From NCBI GenBank assembly GCA_016235585.1, contig JACRJY010000100.1:2693-66692 (forward strand): 64,000 nucleotides of DNA. The letters run 5' to 3'. Below, piece by piece: positions 48,487 through 57,971 of the stretch. Positions within the stretch are counted from its first letter, which is position 1. Every line of letters begins with the position of its first letter. The notes beneath the pieces are model-generated. The model saw nothing but the letters and a program-made list of their open reading frames with translations, searched no databases and was not told the DNA's origin. The stretch is from Verrucomicrobiota bacterium. Lineage in GTDB: Bacteria > Verrucomicrobiota > Verrucomicrobiia > Limisphaerales > JACRJY01. The translations under genes and the position numbers were made by a program.

Positions 48487-49088
48487 AATGTTTCTTTCTG
48501 CTCGGGGCCTTCGACGGCCCCATTAAACTGGTTCATTGCCTGCTGCAAACCCGCGGCCAGCCAGCATTCCGCCTGGTCCGCCGCCCGCTTCAAAACTTTC
48601 TCCAGCACCGCCGCGTCCGCCGGGCCGAACTGGCCGAGCACGTGGCCCGTGATTTCCCGCGCGCCGTCGCGCCGCCCGATGCCGATCCGCAGCCGGGCGA
48701 ACTGCCGCGTGCCCAAGTGCTGCTCCACGGACTCCAGCCCGTGATGCCCGCCGCTGCTGCCTTCGCCGCGCAGGCGGAGCTGGCCGAGCGGCAAATCCGC
48801 GTCATCCACCAGCACTAAAACTTTCTCCGGCGCGACCCGGTAAAAATCGGCCACGGCCTTCACTGCCGCGCCGCTGGCGTTCATGTAGGTCTGCGGCTGG
48901 CACAGGATGATCCTGTTTCCGCCGCGCCCGGCTTTGGCCAGCAGCGCATCAAACTTTTTTTCGAGCGTCCACGCCGCCTGCCCGCGGGCGGCCAGTTCCT
49001 GCACCAGCAGGAATCCCGCGTTGTGGCGGGTGCGGGCGTATTCCGCGCCCGGATTGCCCAGCCCCACGATGAGATGCCAGTTCTCCAT
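48483..49088 (-). CDS. pth: Peptidyl-tRNA hydrolase
   Basis: 'IVGLGNPG.EY..TRHNAGF', 'PQTYMNASG', 'GGHHGL.S', 'RLRIGIG'. Confidence 0.95.
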   Translation of the reverse strand: MENWHLIVGLGNPGAEYARTRHNAGFLLVQELAARGQAAWTLEKKFDALLAKAGRGGNRIILCQPQTYMNASGAAVKAVADFYRVAPEKVLVLVDDADLPLGQLRLRGEGSSGGHHGLESVEQHLGTRQFARLRIGIGRRDGAREITGHVLGQFGPADAAVLEKVLKRAADQAECWLAAGLQQAMNQFNGAVEGPEQKETL

Positions 49089-49136
49089 AAGCGGGCGGGC
49101 CAAAGCGGCGGGGCACTGGCCACGCCGCGTGATAAA

Positions 49137-49916
49137 TTATTTCTTCTTCTCGGCCTTGGCGTCGGGTTTCTTGTCGCCCGCCTTGGCGTCGGCCTTGGGA
49201 TCGGCCTTGCCCGCGGCGGCCTTGTCGCCCGCCTTGGCGTCGCCCTTGCCGGCGGGAGCCGCGCCTTCCTCGTCCTTCTTCTCTTTGATCATCTCCGGCT
49301 CGCCGGCGGCGCCGGCGGCGGCCTCGGTGGCGGCGGCCTCCTCGGCCTCGGTGATCGGCGCGGCGACGGTCAGCACGGGGGCGTTCTTGTCGCCCAAGAT
49401 TTCCACGCCCGGAATCGCCGGGATTTCGCCGATGTGGACGGACTTGCCGATTTCGAGGCTGCTCACGTCCACGTAGATGGCCTCGGGCAGATCCTTCGGC
49501 AGCGCGCGCACCTTGAGCTTGAAGACGACGTGTTCGAGCACGCCGCCGCCGGTCTTGACGCCGACGGCCTCGCCGGTGGACTCGACGGGCACCAGGATGG
49601 TGACCTTCTCGGTCGCGGAGACTTCATGAAAATCCACATGGAGCACCTTGCCGCTCAAGGGATGGTGCTGCACCTCCTGCACGAGGACGAGGCGCTGGGG
49701 CCGGGCGTCGCCGTCCAGCTGCAAGTCCACGAGGATGTTCTCGGAGGCGGAGTGGTGGATGAGCGCGTCGAGATCCTTGTCGCCGATCTCCAGGTTTTGC
49801 GGGGGGGTCTGGCCGCCATAGATCACGGCGGGGATGCGCCCGGCGGCGCGGAGCTGCTTCACCTTGAGGCGCTTCACAAGCGTGCGCGGGAACGCGGTCA
49901 GAGCTACAGATTTCAT
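49137..49916 (-). CDS. rplY: 50S ribosomal protein L25/Ctc
   Basis: 'LR..GRIPAVIYG', 'VQHHP....LHVDF', 'GVKTGGG'; Ala/Lys-rich tail. Confidence 0.95.
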   Translation of the reverse strand: MKSVALTAFPRTLVKRLKVKQLRAAGRIPAVIYGGQTPPQNLEIGDKDLDALIHHSASENILVDLQLDGDARPQRLVLVQEVQHHPLSGKVLHVDFHEVSATEKVTILVPVESTGEAVGVKTGGGVLEHVVFKLKVRALPKDLPEAIYVDVSSLEIGKSVHIGEIPAIPGVEILGDKNAPVLTVAAPITEAEEAAATEAAAGAAGEPEMIKEKKDEEGAAPAGKGDAKAGDKAAAGKADPKADAKAGDKKPDAKAEKKK

Positions 49917-49955
49917 TTGTTTTAATTTTTACTTCGGGCGGCCAGCTGAATCAGC

Positions 49956-50900
49956 TCAACTGGTCCGTCCGCCCTTAAATTCAAACAACGAAGTCACGGA
50001 TGAATTCGTGTTGATGCGCTTGATGGCTTCACCCAGCAAGCCTGCCACTGACAGGGTGGTTATTTTCACCCCGGCAATTTCAGAGCGCAGGACTGTATCA
50101 GTCGTCACCACTTCGTCAATGACTGATTTCCGCAATCTTTCAATCCCCAGATCGTTCAAAATCGCATGGGAAACACAGGCCACGATGCGCCGGGCCCCCT
50201 TGCGCTTGAGCAGCTTCGCCGCCGTCGTCAGCGTGCCGGCGGTCTCGGTGAGGTCGTCCACCAGCAGCACGTTCTTGCCGCGGATTTCGCCGATGACCGT
50301 CATGGACTCGATCTCCATCGCGTTCTTGCGGCGCTTGGCGACGATGGCCAGCCCGGCCTCGAGCACCTGCGAGTAGGCGTGCGCCATCTTCAGCCCGCCC
50401 ACGTCAGGGCTGACGACAACGAGGTCTTCCATCTGCAACTCGCGAAGATAATCATACATCACCGGCGCGGCGTAGAGGTGATCCACCGGGATGTCGAAGA
50501 AGCCCTGAATCTGCTGCGCGTGCAGATCCATCGTGAGAATGCGGTTCGCGCCGGCGGCGACGAGCAGGTTGGCGACGAGCTTGGCGGTGATCGGCACGCG
50601 CGGCTGGTCCTTGCGGTCCTGCCGGGCGTAGCCGTAGAAGGGCAGCACCGCCGTGATGCGCTGGGCGCTCGAGCGCCGCAGCGCGTCCATCATGATGAAC
50701 ATCTCCATCAGGTGATGGTTCGTCGGCGGGCTGGTGGACTGCACAACGTAGGTGTCCTCGCCGCGGACGTTCTCCTCGATCTTCACAAACGTCTCGCCGT
50801 CGGGGAAGGCGCTGACGGTGCAGCGGCCCAGCTCGGCGCCGATGTATTCGCACATGGCCCGCGCGAGCGGGGCGTTGGAGGTGCCGGTGAAAATTTTCAC
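49956..50900 (-). CDS. prs: Ribose-phosphate pyrophosphokinase
   Basis: 'FPDGE', 'YGYARQDRK', 'DLHA.QIQGFF', 'VSPDVG', 'VDDLTETAGT'; GTG start at 50900. Confidence 0.96.
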   Translation of the reverse strand: MKIFTGTSNAPLARAMCEYIGAELGRCTVSAFPDGETFVKIEENVRGEDTYVVQSTSPPTNHHLMEMFIMMDALRRSSAQRITAVLPFYGYARQDRKDQPRVPITAKLVANLLVAAGANRILTMDLHAQQIQGFFDIPVDHLYAAPVMYDYLRELQMEDLVVVSPDVGGLKMAHAYSQVLEAGLAIVAKRRKNAMEIESMTVIGEIRGKNVLLVDDLTETAGTLTTAAKLLKRKGARRIVACVSHAILNDLGIERLRKSVIDEVVTTDTVLRSEIAGVKITTLSVAGLLGEAIKRINTNSSVTSLFEFKGGRTS

Positions 50901-51048
50901 GGTCGGTTCAAGTTGGATTCCTGCAAAAATAAAAAACCACCGCGGACGGTGGACGAAAAATGTGGCGCGACTGTAACAATGGCTTCCAAGGCGGCAAGCG
51001 GAAACTGGGTTCAATCCGAATGCCGAAGTTGAGGCGCGAGGCGCGAAG

Positions 51049-51078
51049 GGAGCGCGGCCTTCAGGCCGCTTCAACGCC
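51049..51078. repeat. REP-like palindrome
   Basis: GGAGCGCGGCCTTCAGGCCGCTTCAACGCC; inverted relative at 22917. Confidence 0.65.
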
Positions 51079-51113
51079 CACCCCGCCGTCGCCGTGCCGC
51101 TTCGGATTCCCCG

Positions 51114-53225
51114 TCACGTCCGGTTCCGCAGGAACATCGTGCCCTCGACCTCCGCCGGGTGCGCGGGGCCGGCCGCCGGCGCGCTCTCGCGCCACGGGAC
51201 TTCGTAGATGTTCACCGCCGCCTTGATGCCCTTGACCATCACCGGCGCCTGCGGCACGCACGTCGCCGCCAGCTCCGGCGCGTGCTTGAGCAGCTCCTGG
51301 TAGGTGGACTCGCCGATGATGATGCGCCCGCGCCCGGAGACGCCCTCGAGCCGGCTGGCGAGGTTCACCTCGCGGCCAAACACGGTGTAGTTGAGGATGT
51401 GCTCGTTCGAGCCCATCAGGCCGACGATGGCGACGCCGGAGTTGATGCCCGTGCCGAGCGAGAGCAGCGGCAGCAGCGCCTGCGGCGGCTTGCCGTAGAG
51501 TGCGCGGCCCTGGTTTTCGTTTTCGATGCGCTTGTTCTCCTCGGCGCGTTCGAGGTTCAGCCGGTGCATGGCGCGCTGGGCGTCCACTGCGGCGCGCACG
51601 CAGGCGGCGGCGTGGTTGTCGTTCGGCACCGGCGCGCCCCAGAAGGCCATCACGCAGTCGCCGATGTATTTGTCGAGCGTGCCGTTGTGCTTCTTGATCT
51701 GGTCGGCAATGGTGGCGAGATAGATGTTGACCGTGGCGAGGGTCGCGCTGGCCGAGGCGTCGAAGTGCGCCTCCGCCTCCGCGCCCTCCAGTTTGTTGGT
51801 CCGCACAAATTCCTCCGCCCGCGACTGCATCGCGTCGGTCATCTCGGTGAACCCGCGCACGTCGGCGAAGAACACCGTGATGTGCCGCCGCCCGCCGCCG
51901 AGGTTGAGCTTCTCCGCGCCGAGCAGCTCGTTCACCACGTCGGGCGAGACGAGCCGCGAGAAGACCGCCTTCACGCGCCGCTTCTCTGACTGCTCGAAGA
52001 GGAGCTGGTAGGTCGCGAGGCTCACGTGGTTGAGCAGCAGCCCGCCGCCCACGGGCAGGATGATCGGCAGCCAGTAGTGGAACTTCACGAACAGCAGCAA
52101 TGCGACGATCACATAGACCGCCCCCGCCACGGCCACGCCCACGGTCGCCCACGGCGGCTGGAGCTTGAGCGAGACGGCGGCGGACGCGGCGGCGAGCAGG
52201 AGAATCAAAACCAACTCCAGCCCGTAGGGGCTGCGCGTGATGAAGTCGTTCATCAGCACGGAATTCGCCACGTTCCAGTGCTTGCTCACCAGATACGTGT
52301 CGCGATCCAGCGGCGACGCGCCGATGTCCGAGATGTTGTTGCCCGCGCCGATGGAGCCGATGACGACAATCTTGCCGCGCCAGTCGGGATCATCCTCGGA
52401 TTTGGCGCGCAACATTTCCCGCAGGGCGCCCTTCGTGAGGCGGGGATCGTTCCACGCCAGGCTCCAGTTCACATGGAAATAGCCCTCGTGATCCAGCGGG
52501 ATGACGCGCTCGACCCCGCCCGCGCCGCGCAGGGTGATCCGCCCCTTCTCGATGACCGCCTGCGTGAGATCGAGGCCGAGCGAGCGGGCGGCAAGCACGA
52601 TGCCGAGGTGCCAGATGCGCCCGATCTTCGGGTCGTCCTTGAAGGCCCGCGTGCGGCGCAGCACGCCGTCGGAATCCGTGTCGCTCGTGGCGTGGCCTAC
52701 GGCAAAGGCGTTCGTGCGGAACAGATCCGCCGGCGCGATGGCCGTCCATTTGTCGCCCAAAGTCTCGCCGAAGGCCGCCAGCGTCACGTTGCCCGCCGCC
52801 TTGAGCTGCTGGGAAAAATACTCGTCCGACGACATTTCCACGCCGCCGCGCTTCAGGTTGGTTTCGGGCCGGGGCGTGTCGAGTTCGCTGAACAGGATGT
52901 CAAAGCCGATGGCCCCCGCGCCCTCGGCGGTGAGTCTCTCCACCGCGCGCCCGTAGAGCCGCCGGGGCAGCGGCCACTTGAAGCCCATCTGCTCGTTGAT
53001 GATCTGCAAGTCCTCGTCGTCAATGAACAGCGCGCCGAGGTTGGTGGCGACGGGCGGCTTGGACTCAAAGGCCTGGCGCACGCGCCAGTCGTAGGTCATC
53101 CACTCCAGCCGCTCGAAGGCGTCGGCGTGGGGGCTGAAGCGGGGGAGGGCCTGAAAAATACAGACGACGAGCGTCGTGGCCGCGACGATGAGGACGGGCG
53201 CGAGTTTGAGAGATTTCGCTTTCAC
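51114..53225 (-). CDS. CHASE2-domain class III adenylate cyclase
   Basis: 'YDWR', 'WPLPR', 'GFDILF', 'DSDGVLRR', 3 TMs, catalytic 'FADVRGFT', 'DKYIGD', 'YTVFG..VNLASRLEG'. Confidence 0.92.
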   Translation of the reverse strand: MKAKSLKLAPVLIVAATTLVVCIFQALPRFSPHADAFERLEWMTYDWRVRQAFESKPPVATNLGALFIDDEDLQIINEQMGFKWPLPRRLYGRAVERLTAEGAGAIGFDILFSELDTPRPETNLKRGGVEMSSDEYFSQQLKAAGNVTLAAFGETLGDKWTAIAPADLFRTNAFAVGHATSDTDSDGVLRRTRAFKDDPKIGRIWHLGIVLAARSLGLDLTQAVIEKGRITLRGAGGVERVIPLDHEGYFHVNWSLAWNDPRLTKGALREMLRAKSEDDPDWRGKIVVIGSIGAGNNISDIGASPLDRDTYLVSKHWNVANSVLMNDFITRSPYGLELVLILLLAAASAAVSLKLQPPWATVGVAVAGAVYVIVALLLFVKFHYWLPIILPVGGGLLLNHVSLATYQLLFEQSEKRRVKAVFSRLVSPDVVNELLGAEKLNLGGGRRHITVFFADVRGFTEMTDAMQSRAEEFVRTNKLEGAEAEAHFDASASATLATVNIYLATIADQIKKHNGTLDKYIGDCVMAFWGAPVPNDNHAAACVRAAVDAQRAMHRLNLERAEENKRIENENQGRALYGKPPQALLPLLSLGTGINSGVAIVGLMGSNEHILNYTVFGREVNLASRLEGVSGRGRIIIGESTYQELLKHAPELAATCVPQAPVMVKGIKAAVNIYEVPWRESAPAAGPAHPAEVEGTMFLRNRT

Positions 53226-53240
53226 CGCCGCCACCCTAAA

Positions 53241-53280
53241 CAAAAACCCCAGAGCAACTCAAGGCTGCTCTGGGGTTTTG
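53241..53280 (-). terminator. Strong hairpin terminator between the FecR-like gene and the cyclase
   Basis: AAAACCCCAGAGCAGC-CTTGA-GTTGCTCTGGGGTTTTTG on the minus strand. Confidence 0.85.
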
Positions 53281-53303
53281 CAGAAAAATCAGTTCTCAAT
53301 CAC

Positions 53304-54035
53304 TCAACCTTCACGATCCTTCTCGCCTTCAGTTTTATAAGGCGGTTGCGGATCTGGCGGAGGGAGATCCTTCTTAACAGTGATAGTCGTTTCAACATCA
53401 GTGGTGCCACCGTCACGAGGAGGAGGAGGAGGGGGCAACCCCGGGGGGTTTGCAACAACAGTCGGCGCACCGCCCGGAGTTGTGGGAGGAATTGCGGTCT
53501 GCCCGGCATTGAGTGTGACCGGAGGACTCTGAACCCCATTGATCACAAAAATCACCACCACGGTGCCGCCGGTGACTGATGTCGTGCCGTCGGAGCCGAT
53601 GATGAACGAGGTGCCGCGGATGCCCGCCACGCCCTTGGCCGTCTTGATTTCATACTTGGAGGCGGCGGAAATCTTCTTGGCGTTGCCACTCACCTTGCCC
53701 TCTTTGAGGTCAAGAAAGGTTTCGCCGGTGTCCGCACCCTTGATGTCGAGCTTGTCGAGGGAGAGGGTGGAATTCGCCTTGATGGTCAGTTGGCCGCCAT
53801 TGACGCCGAGGTCAATGCTCACCTCGGAACCCGGCCCGGTCACGATGGTGGAGCCTTCTTTCACAATCTGGCCTTTATACGCCGGAGCGCCGTTGACGGT
53901 CGCGCCGCCGGATATCTTGTAAATTTCAGCCGAGCCTTTGAGCGCGCCAGGGTTGGCCGCCGAGGCGGTGGTGACGAGGGCCGTCACCGCAAACAGCGCG
54001 GCGGCGGACTTGAGGAGAGAACCGAGTGTTTTCAT
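53304..54035 (-). CDS. Secreted FecR-like domain protein with a Pro/Thr-rich C-terminus
   Basis: Signal peptide; 'GSTIVTGPGS', 'LDLKEGKV', 'YEIKT..GVAGIRGTSF', 'SVTGGTV'. Confidence 0.85.
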   Translation of the reverse strand: MKTLGSLLKSAAALFAVTALVTTASAANPGALKGSAEIYKISGGATVNGAPAYKGQIVKEGSTIVTGPGSEVSIDLGVNGGQLTIKANSTLSLDKLDIKGADTGETFLDLKEGKVSGNAKKISAASKYEIKTAKGVAGIRGTSFIIGSDGTTSVTGGTVVVIFVINGVQSPPVTLNAGQTAIPPTTPGGAPTVVANPPGLPPPPPPRDGGTTDVETTITVKKDLPPPDPQPPYKTEGEKDREG

Positions 54036-54095
54036 AAAATGTTGTCTGTTTCTGGTTGAGACTGCGGGGTGAATCTAGCCAGCCCGCCGGGAATG

Positions 54096-55979
54096 TCAAT
54101 TCGTTATTTTGCTTTCCTTCAACTTGGTGTTCACCGTCTGGAGCTGGCTCCAGGCGAAGTGGTTGTCATAGGGTTTGAGCCGCCATGCGCGCTCCAGATG
54201 GCGCTTGGCCGCCGCGAGGTCGCCGGTCTGCAAATAATGCCAGCCGAGGTGCGACTGGACGAAGTGGCCGTTGGGGTCGAGCCGCTCGCCCTGCTGGAAA
54301 TAGGGGAGGGCCATGGCCGGCGACTGGTTGAGGCGGTCCAGGCACATCCCGTAGCGGATGAAGCCAAACGGCTCATTGGGATCCAGCTTTTGAGTCTTCT
54401 CAAACCACGGCAGGGCGTGGAGCAGTTCGGTCTGCATCTCCTGCTTGTCCGCGCGGCGCTGCCCGCTCAAATCCCAGTGGAATTCACCGAGGTAATAGGT
54501 GGTGGCGGCGTTCATCGGCTCGGCGGCGTGGACGCGTTTGAGCAGTTCCAGGCGCTCGGCGGAACGGGGCCGGGTTTCGCTGGCGAGCTTCAGGAGGGTC
54601 TGCTCGCGGCCCAGGCGCGCGGCCTGCTGCGCGAGATAAGCCCCGCCCGCGATGGCGGCGAGGGTGAAGAGGAGCTTCACGAAGACACCCGGGGAAACGG
54701 TGTTCCGCTCGGACACGTGCCGCCACAGGCCGGCCAGCAGCGCGGCGAGCGTGACGGCGACGAGGGCGTTGGCGGGAACGTGGAGGTTGTGATCCAGGAA
54801 GGAGTGGACGAGCAGCGCCGCCAGCCCGGTGGACGCGCCGATCCACAGGGCGAAGCGGTTGCTGTTGCGCGGGGCCTCGTCCTCCCGGCCGCGCTGGACG
54901 AACTTCGCCGCGCGCCACACGCCGAAGCCCGCGAGCACGAGCGCCACGGCGACAATCGCGCCGCCCGCCGCGCCGAAGTCGGCGAGGAGTTCGAGATAGT
55001 CGTTGTGGGGGTGGGCCGGGCGCGTCTGCATCGTCTCCGGGCGGTAACGGCGCATCACGAAGCCGTAATGCCCCGGGCCCGCGCCGAGCCAGGGGTGATC
55101 CTTCCACATCGCCGTGGCGGTGGCCCAGTATTCGAAGCGGGCGTCCGAGGCGATGTCGGCCTTGAGCTTGTTGTCGCGGCGGCTTTGCGTGATCTGCGAT
55201 CCCGCCACCAGCGCGCCCACCACGACGACCAGCATGAGCGCGCCGAGAATCACCGCGAGCGTGCGCCGCCGCAGCGCCACCAGCCAGCCGAGCAGCAGCG
55301 CCAGCGAAACGCCCGCCGCCGTCCAGCCGCCGCGCGACACCGTGACGGCCACGCCCGCCGCCGCAACGATGACCGCGTAGCCGAGGAAAATTCTCAAGCC
55401 CGGCCCGATGCGGCCCGCGAGCGCGAAGGCCAGCGCGAGCGGCAGCACCATTTCCAGAAAACCGGCGAGGTGGTTCGGGCTCATGAACGTGCCGGAGCCG
55501 CGCCCGGTGTAGATGTCCATCCGGGTGAATTCCCAGACCGTGTTCGACTTGGCGAAGAACTGCCACACCGCGTAGCCCGCCGTGAAGATGGCCACGAGCG
55601 CCAGCGCGATGACGATGAGCTGCACGGACTCCGGCCGGGCCGTGTGGTTCACGACGGCGAGGAAGACCACGGCGTAGACCAGCACGCGCAGCAGTTCCAG
55701 CCGCGCGACGTATTCGATCTGCGCCGACGGATAACGCGCCGCCGCGTAAATCACAAACGCCAGCACCGCCCAGCAGACGGGCGGCCAGAGCAGGCGCGGC
55801 TCCGGGCTGATCCACAGCCGCAGCGTCCACAGCGCGAGGATGCCGGCGGCGAGCCATTGCAGCACGACGAGGTCGGTGGTCCGCAGCGCGCCGACCGAGA
55901 GCGGCGCATAGACGAGCAGCGCCAGCACGAGGGCGAGCACGCCCCATTCGCACCATTTGTCCAGTTGTTCGCGAATCAT
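54096..55979 (-). CDS. O-antigen ligase (Wzy_C)-family polytopic membrane protein with C-terminal TPRs
   Basis: Many TMs; 'GTFMSPNH', 'SRGGW', 'WLGAGPGHY', 'HPHNDYLELLAD.G'; TPR tail. Confidence 0.88.
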   Translation of the reverse strand: MIREQLDKWCEWGVLALVLALLVYAPLSVGALRTTDLVVLQWLAAGILALWTLRLWISPEPRLLWPPVCWAVLAFVIYAAARYPSAQIEYVARLELLRVLVYAVVFLAVVNHTARPESVQLIVIALALVAIFTAGYAVWQFFAKSNTVWEFTRMDIYTGRGSGTFMSPNHLAGFLEMVLPLALAFALAGRIGPGLRIFLGYAVIVAAAGVAVTVSRGGWTAAGVSLALLLGWLVALRRRTLAVILGALMLVVVVGALVAGSQITQSRRDNKLKADIASDARFEYWATATAMWKDHPWLGAGPGHYGFVMRRYRPETMQTRPAHPHNDYLELLADFGAAGGAIVAVALVLAGFGVWRAAKFVQRGREDEAPRNSNRFALWIGASTGLAALLVHSFLDHNLHVPANALVAVTLAALLAGLWRHVSERNTVSPGVFVKLLFTLAAIAGGAYLAQQAARLGREQTLLKLASETRPRSAERLELLKRVHAAEPMNAATTYYLGEFHWDLSGQRRADKQEMQTELLHALPWFEKTQKLDPNEPFGFIRYGMCLDRLNQSPAMALPYFQQGERLDPNGHFVQSHLGWHYLQTGDLAAAKRHLERAWRLKPYDNHFAWSQLQTVNTKLKESKITN

Positions 55980-55992
55980 TTTCTAAAATCAC

Positions 55993-56520
55993 TCAATCCG
56001 GCAGCCGCTCGACGGCCTCGTCCGGTTTCAGTTCCGCCAGCAATTGCGCCACCGTTTTCGCCTGCCCCGGCAGCACCAGTTCCGGCGCGATTTCCGCCAG
56101 CGGCGCGAGCACGAACCGCCGCCGGTGCGCGCGCGGATGCGGCAGCGCCAGTTCCGGCGTGTCCCGCGTCTCGCCGCCGAACGCAATCAAGTCCAGGTCC
56201 AGCGGGCGGGCTTCGTTCAAGGCCAGCTTGTCTCGGCGGCCAAATTCTTTTTCCAGCGCGCGCAGTTTGGCGAGCAAACTCTCCGGCGTTTCGCCGTCGT
56301 GCGGTGCGAGCGCCGCGACAGCGTTCACAAAGTCCGGCGAGCCGGGCGGACAATCCACCGGCGCGGTGCGCCAGAGCGAGGATTTTTTCAGCGGCGCGGT
56401 GGAGAAGCTTTGCAGCCGCGCCATCGCCTGCCGCAGAATTTCGGCGGAGTTCCCCAGATTGGAACCGAGCGCGACGAAGGCGCGGAGTTCCGCGTTCCGC
56501 GTTCCGCGTTCCGCGTTCAT
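55993..56520 (-). CDS. folK: HPPK
   Basis: 'ALGSNLG', 'FVNAV', 'ARPLDLDLI', 'LPHPR..RRFVL.PL'; ATGA overlap with dapB. Confidence 0.94.
   Translation of the reverse strand: MNAERGTRNAELRAFVALGSNLGNSAEILRQAMARLQSFSTAPLKKSSLWRTAPVDCPPGSPDFVNAVAALAPHDGETPESLLAKLRALEKEFGRRDKLALNEARPLDLDLIAFGGETRDTPELALPHPRAHRRRFVLAPLAEIAPELVLPGQAKTVAQLLAELKPDEAVERLPD
56487..56518. repeat. (GTTCCGC)x4 heptamer run forming the FolK N-terminus
   Basis: Encodes MNAERGTRNAEL. Confidence 0.9.
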
Positions 56521-57251
56521 TTCAGCCCCAGCACATCCTGCATGTCGTAAAGGCCGGGCTTCTGCTTCACGACCCACTGCGCGGCGCGCAGCGCGCCGTT
56601 GGCGAAAGTCTCGCGGCTTGACGCCTTGTGCGTGAGTTCAACCCGCTCGCCGTTCGCGGCGAAGATGACCGTGTGGTCGCCAACGACATCGCCGCCGCGG
56701 AGGGCGTGGACGCCAATCTCGGAATCGGTGCGCTCGCCGACGATGCCTTCGCGCCCGTGGCGCAGCGCGTCCTTGAGTTGGACTTTGCGCACATCGCCGA
56801 GGATTTCCAGCAGCGTCGTGGCGGTGCCGCTGGGCGCGTCCTTCTTGAGGCGATGATGCATCTCGACGACTTCGAGGTCGAAGCCGGGGCCGAGGATTTC
56901 CGCCGCCTTGCGCGTGAGCCAGAAAAGCGTGTTCACGCCCGTCGAGTAGTTCGACGCCCAGACGATGGGGATTTGAGATTTGAGATTTGAGATTTGAGAT
57001 TTTTCCGCCTCGCTGTGGCCGGTGGTGCCGATGACCAGCGCCTTCTTGTGCTGGGCGCAGAGCTGCGCGACGGACGGCGTGACGTTGTGAAAGCTGAAGT
57101 CAATCACCACGTCACCCTGCGAAATGACGCGGACGAGGTCGTCGCCCTGGTCAATCTGGCCGGCGACCTGAAGTTCAGGAATGCGCGCGGCGCAGGCGAG
57201 GAGCATCTGGCCCATGCGGCCCTTGCTGCCGGTAATGATGAGTTTCGTCAC
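56517..57251 (-). CDS. dapB: 4-hydroxy-tetrahydrodipicolinate reductase
   Basis: 'G.KGRMG', 'IDFS', 'GTTG', 'EMHHRLKKDAPSGTA', 'GDHTVIF', 'FANGA'. Confidence 0.96.
   Translation of the reverse strand: MTKLIITGSKGRMGQMLLACAARIPELQVAGQIDQGDDLVRVISQGDVVIDFSFHNVTPSVAQLCAQHKKALVIGTTGHSEAEKSQISNLKSQIPIVWASNYSTGVNTLFWLTRKAAEILGPGFDLEVVEMHHRLKKDAPSGTATTLLEILGDVRKVQLKDALRHGREGIVGERTDSEIGVHALRGGDVVGDHTVIFAANGERVELTHKASSRETFANGALRAAQWVVKQKPGLYDMQDVLGLK
56970..57002. repeat. (GATTTGA)x4.7 heptamer run inside dapB
   Basis: Encodes KSQISNLKSQI; AT-rich island in a GC-rich gene. Confidence 0.92.
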
Positions 57252-57303
57252 GGCGGGAGAATCCCCCACCCGCCGCCGTTAGTCAAAGCCGGACAGCGCC
57301 CGG

Positions 57304-57971
57304 TTACGGATGAATGAAACCTTTGGTTATGGACGAAAGGGTCACGCTGGAAAGCGCCGGTGGCGCATTGGTTTTGAAGACATCAGGTGTTTCGATGGGG
57401 CGGAGCGTGTAGGCAAACGCGCCAAGCAACTTGCCCTGCTCGCACTGGTGACACTTGGCGCAATCGGCACCAGCGCGGAGTGCGCCGAGGGCTAACACTT
57501 CGTGCCCGGCAAGGCCGCTTCCACCCACAACGTAATTCACGCGGTTTGTGATGATCGCAAGGTCACGGCCAGTCCGCAGCACGGCGATAAGATTTGTTTC
57601 CCTGCGGTTAGCGGACGGTGGCGGGCTAGCACTTTGAATTGACTGTTAGTAAAAAATGCCTTGTTTGGGACGGCTCCATATCCAACTGGCTCATTCTCCA
57701 GTCCGATTAGTTGAGGTGTCGGCACAACGAATGCCACCTCTGGCAAAGCCAGTTGCACCTCCTTTGGAAGATAGATGCGCCTTCCAATTCCGAAGTCCGG
57801 CGCTTGATTAAAGCGCTTCTGATACTCCGTATGGACAGCCTCCATCGAATCAAATCGCTCCACAAGCCGGTTGATGTTTGTGATTGAGAATTGCCCTTTT
57901 TTGGAAGGGTTGTCCGCTGCCGACGCGGAGAGCGCCAGTGCGACCACCGAGAGAACAAGCAATTTTTTCAT
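57304..57971 (-). pseudogene. Low-GC secreted CxxCH (c-type heme) protein split by a frameshift near 57600
   Basis: ORF 57537-57971 (signal peptide) and ORF 57304-57582 ('LGALRA..DCAKCH...GKLLGAFAY') join if one G is added to the GGG at 57600-57602. Confidence 0.7.

Noticed and set aside
50905-51045. tRNA-Gln or other ncRNA upstream of prs
   Set aside because: No cloverleaf or T-loop consensus found.
57596-57603. Programmed -1 frameshift at GGGAAAC
   Set aside because: Zero-frame codons are GGG AAA, not the X XXY YYZ phase; a 1-bp deletion or sequencing error is simpler.
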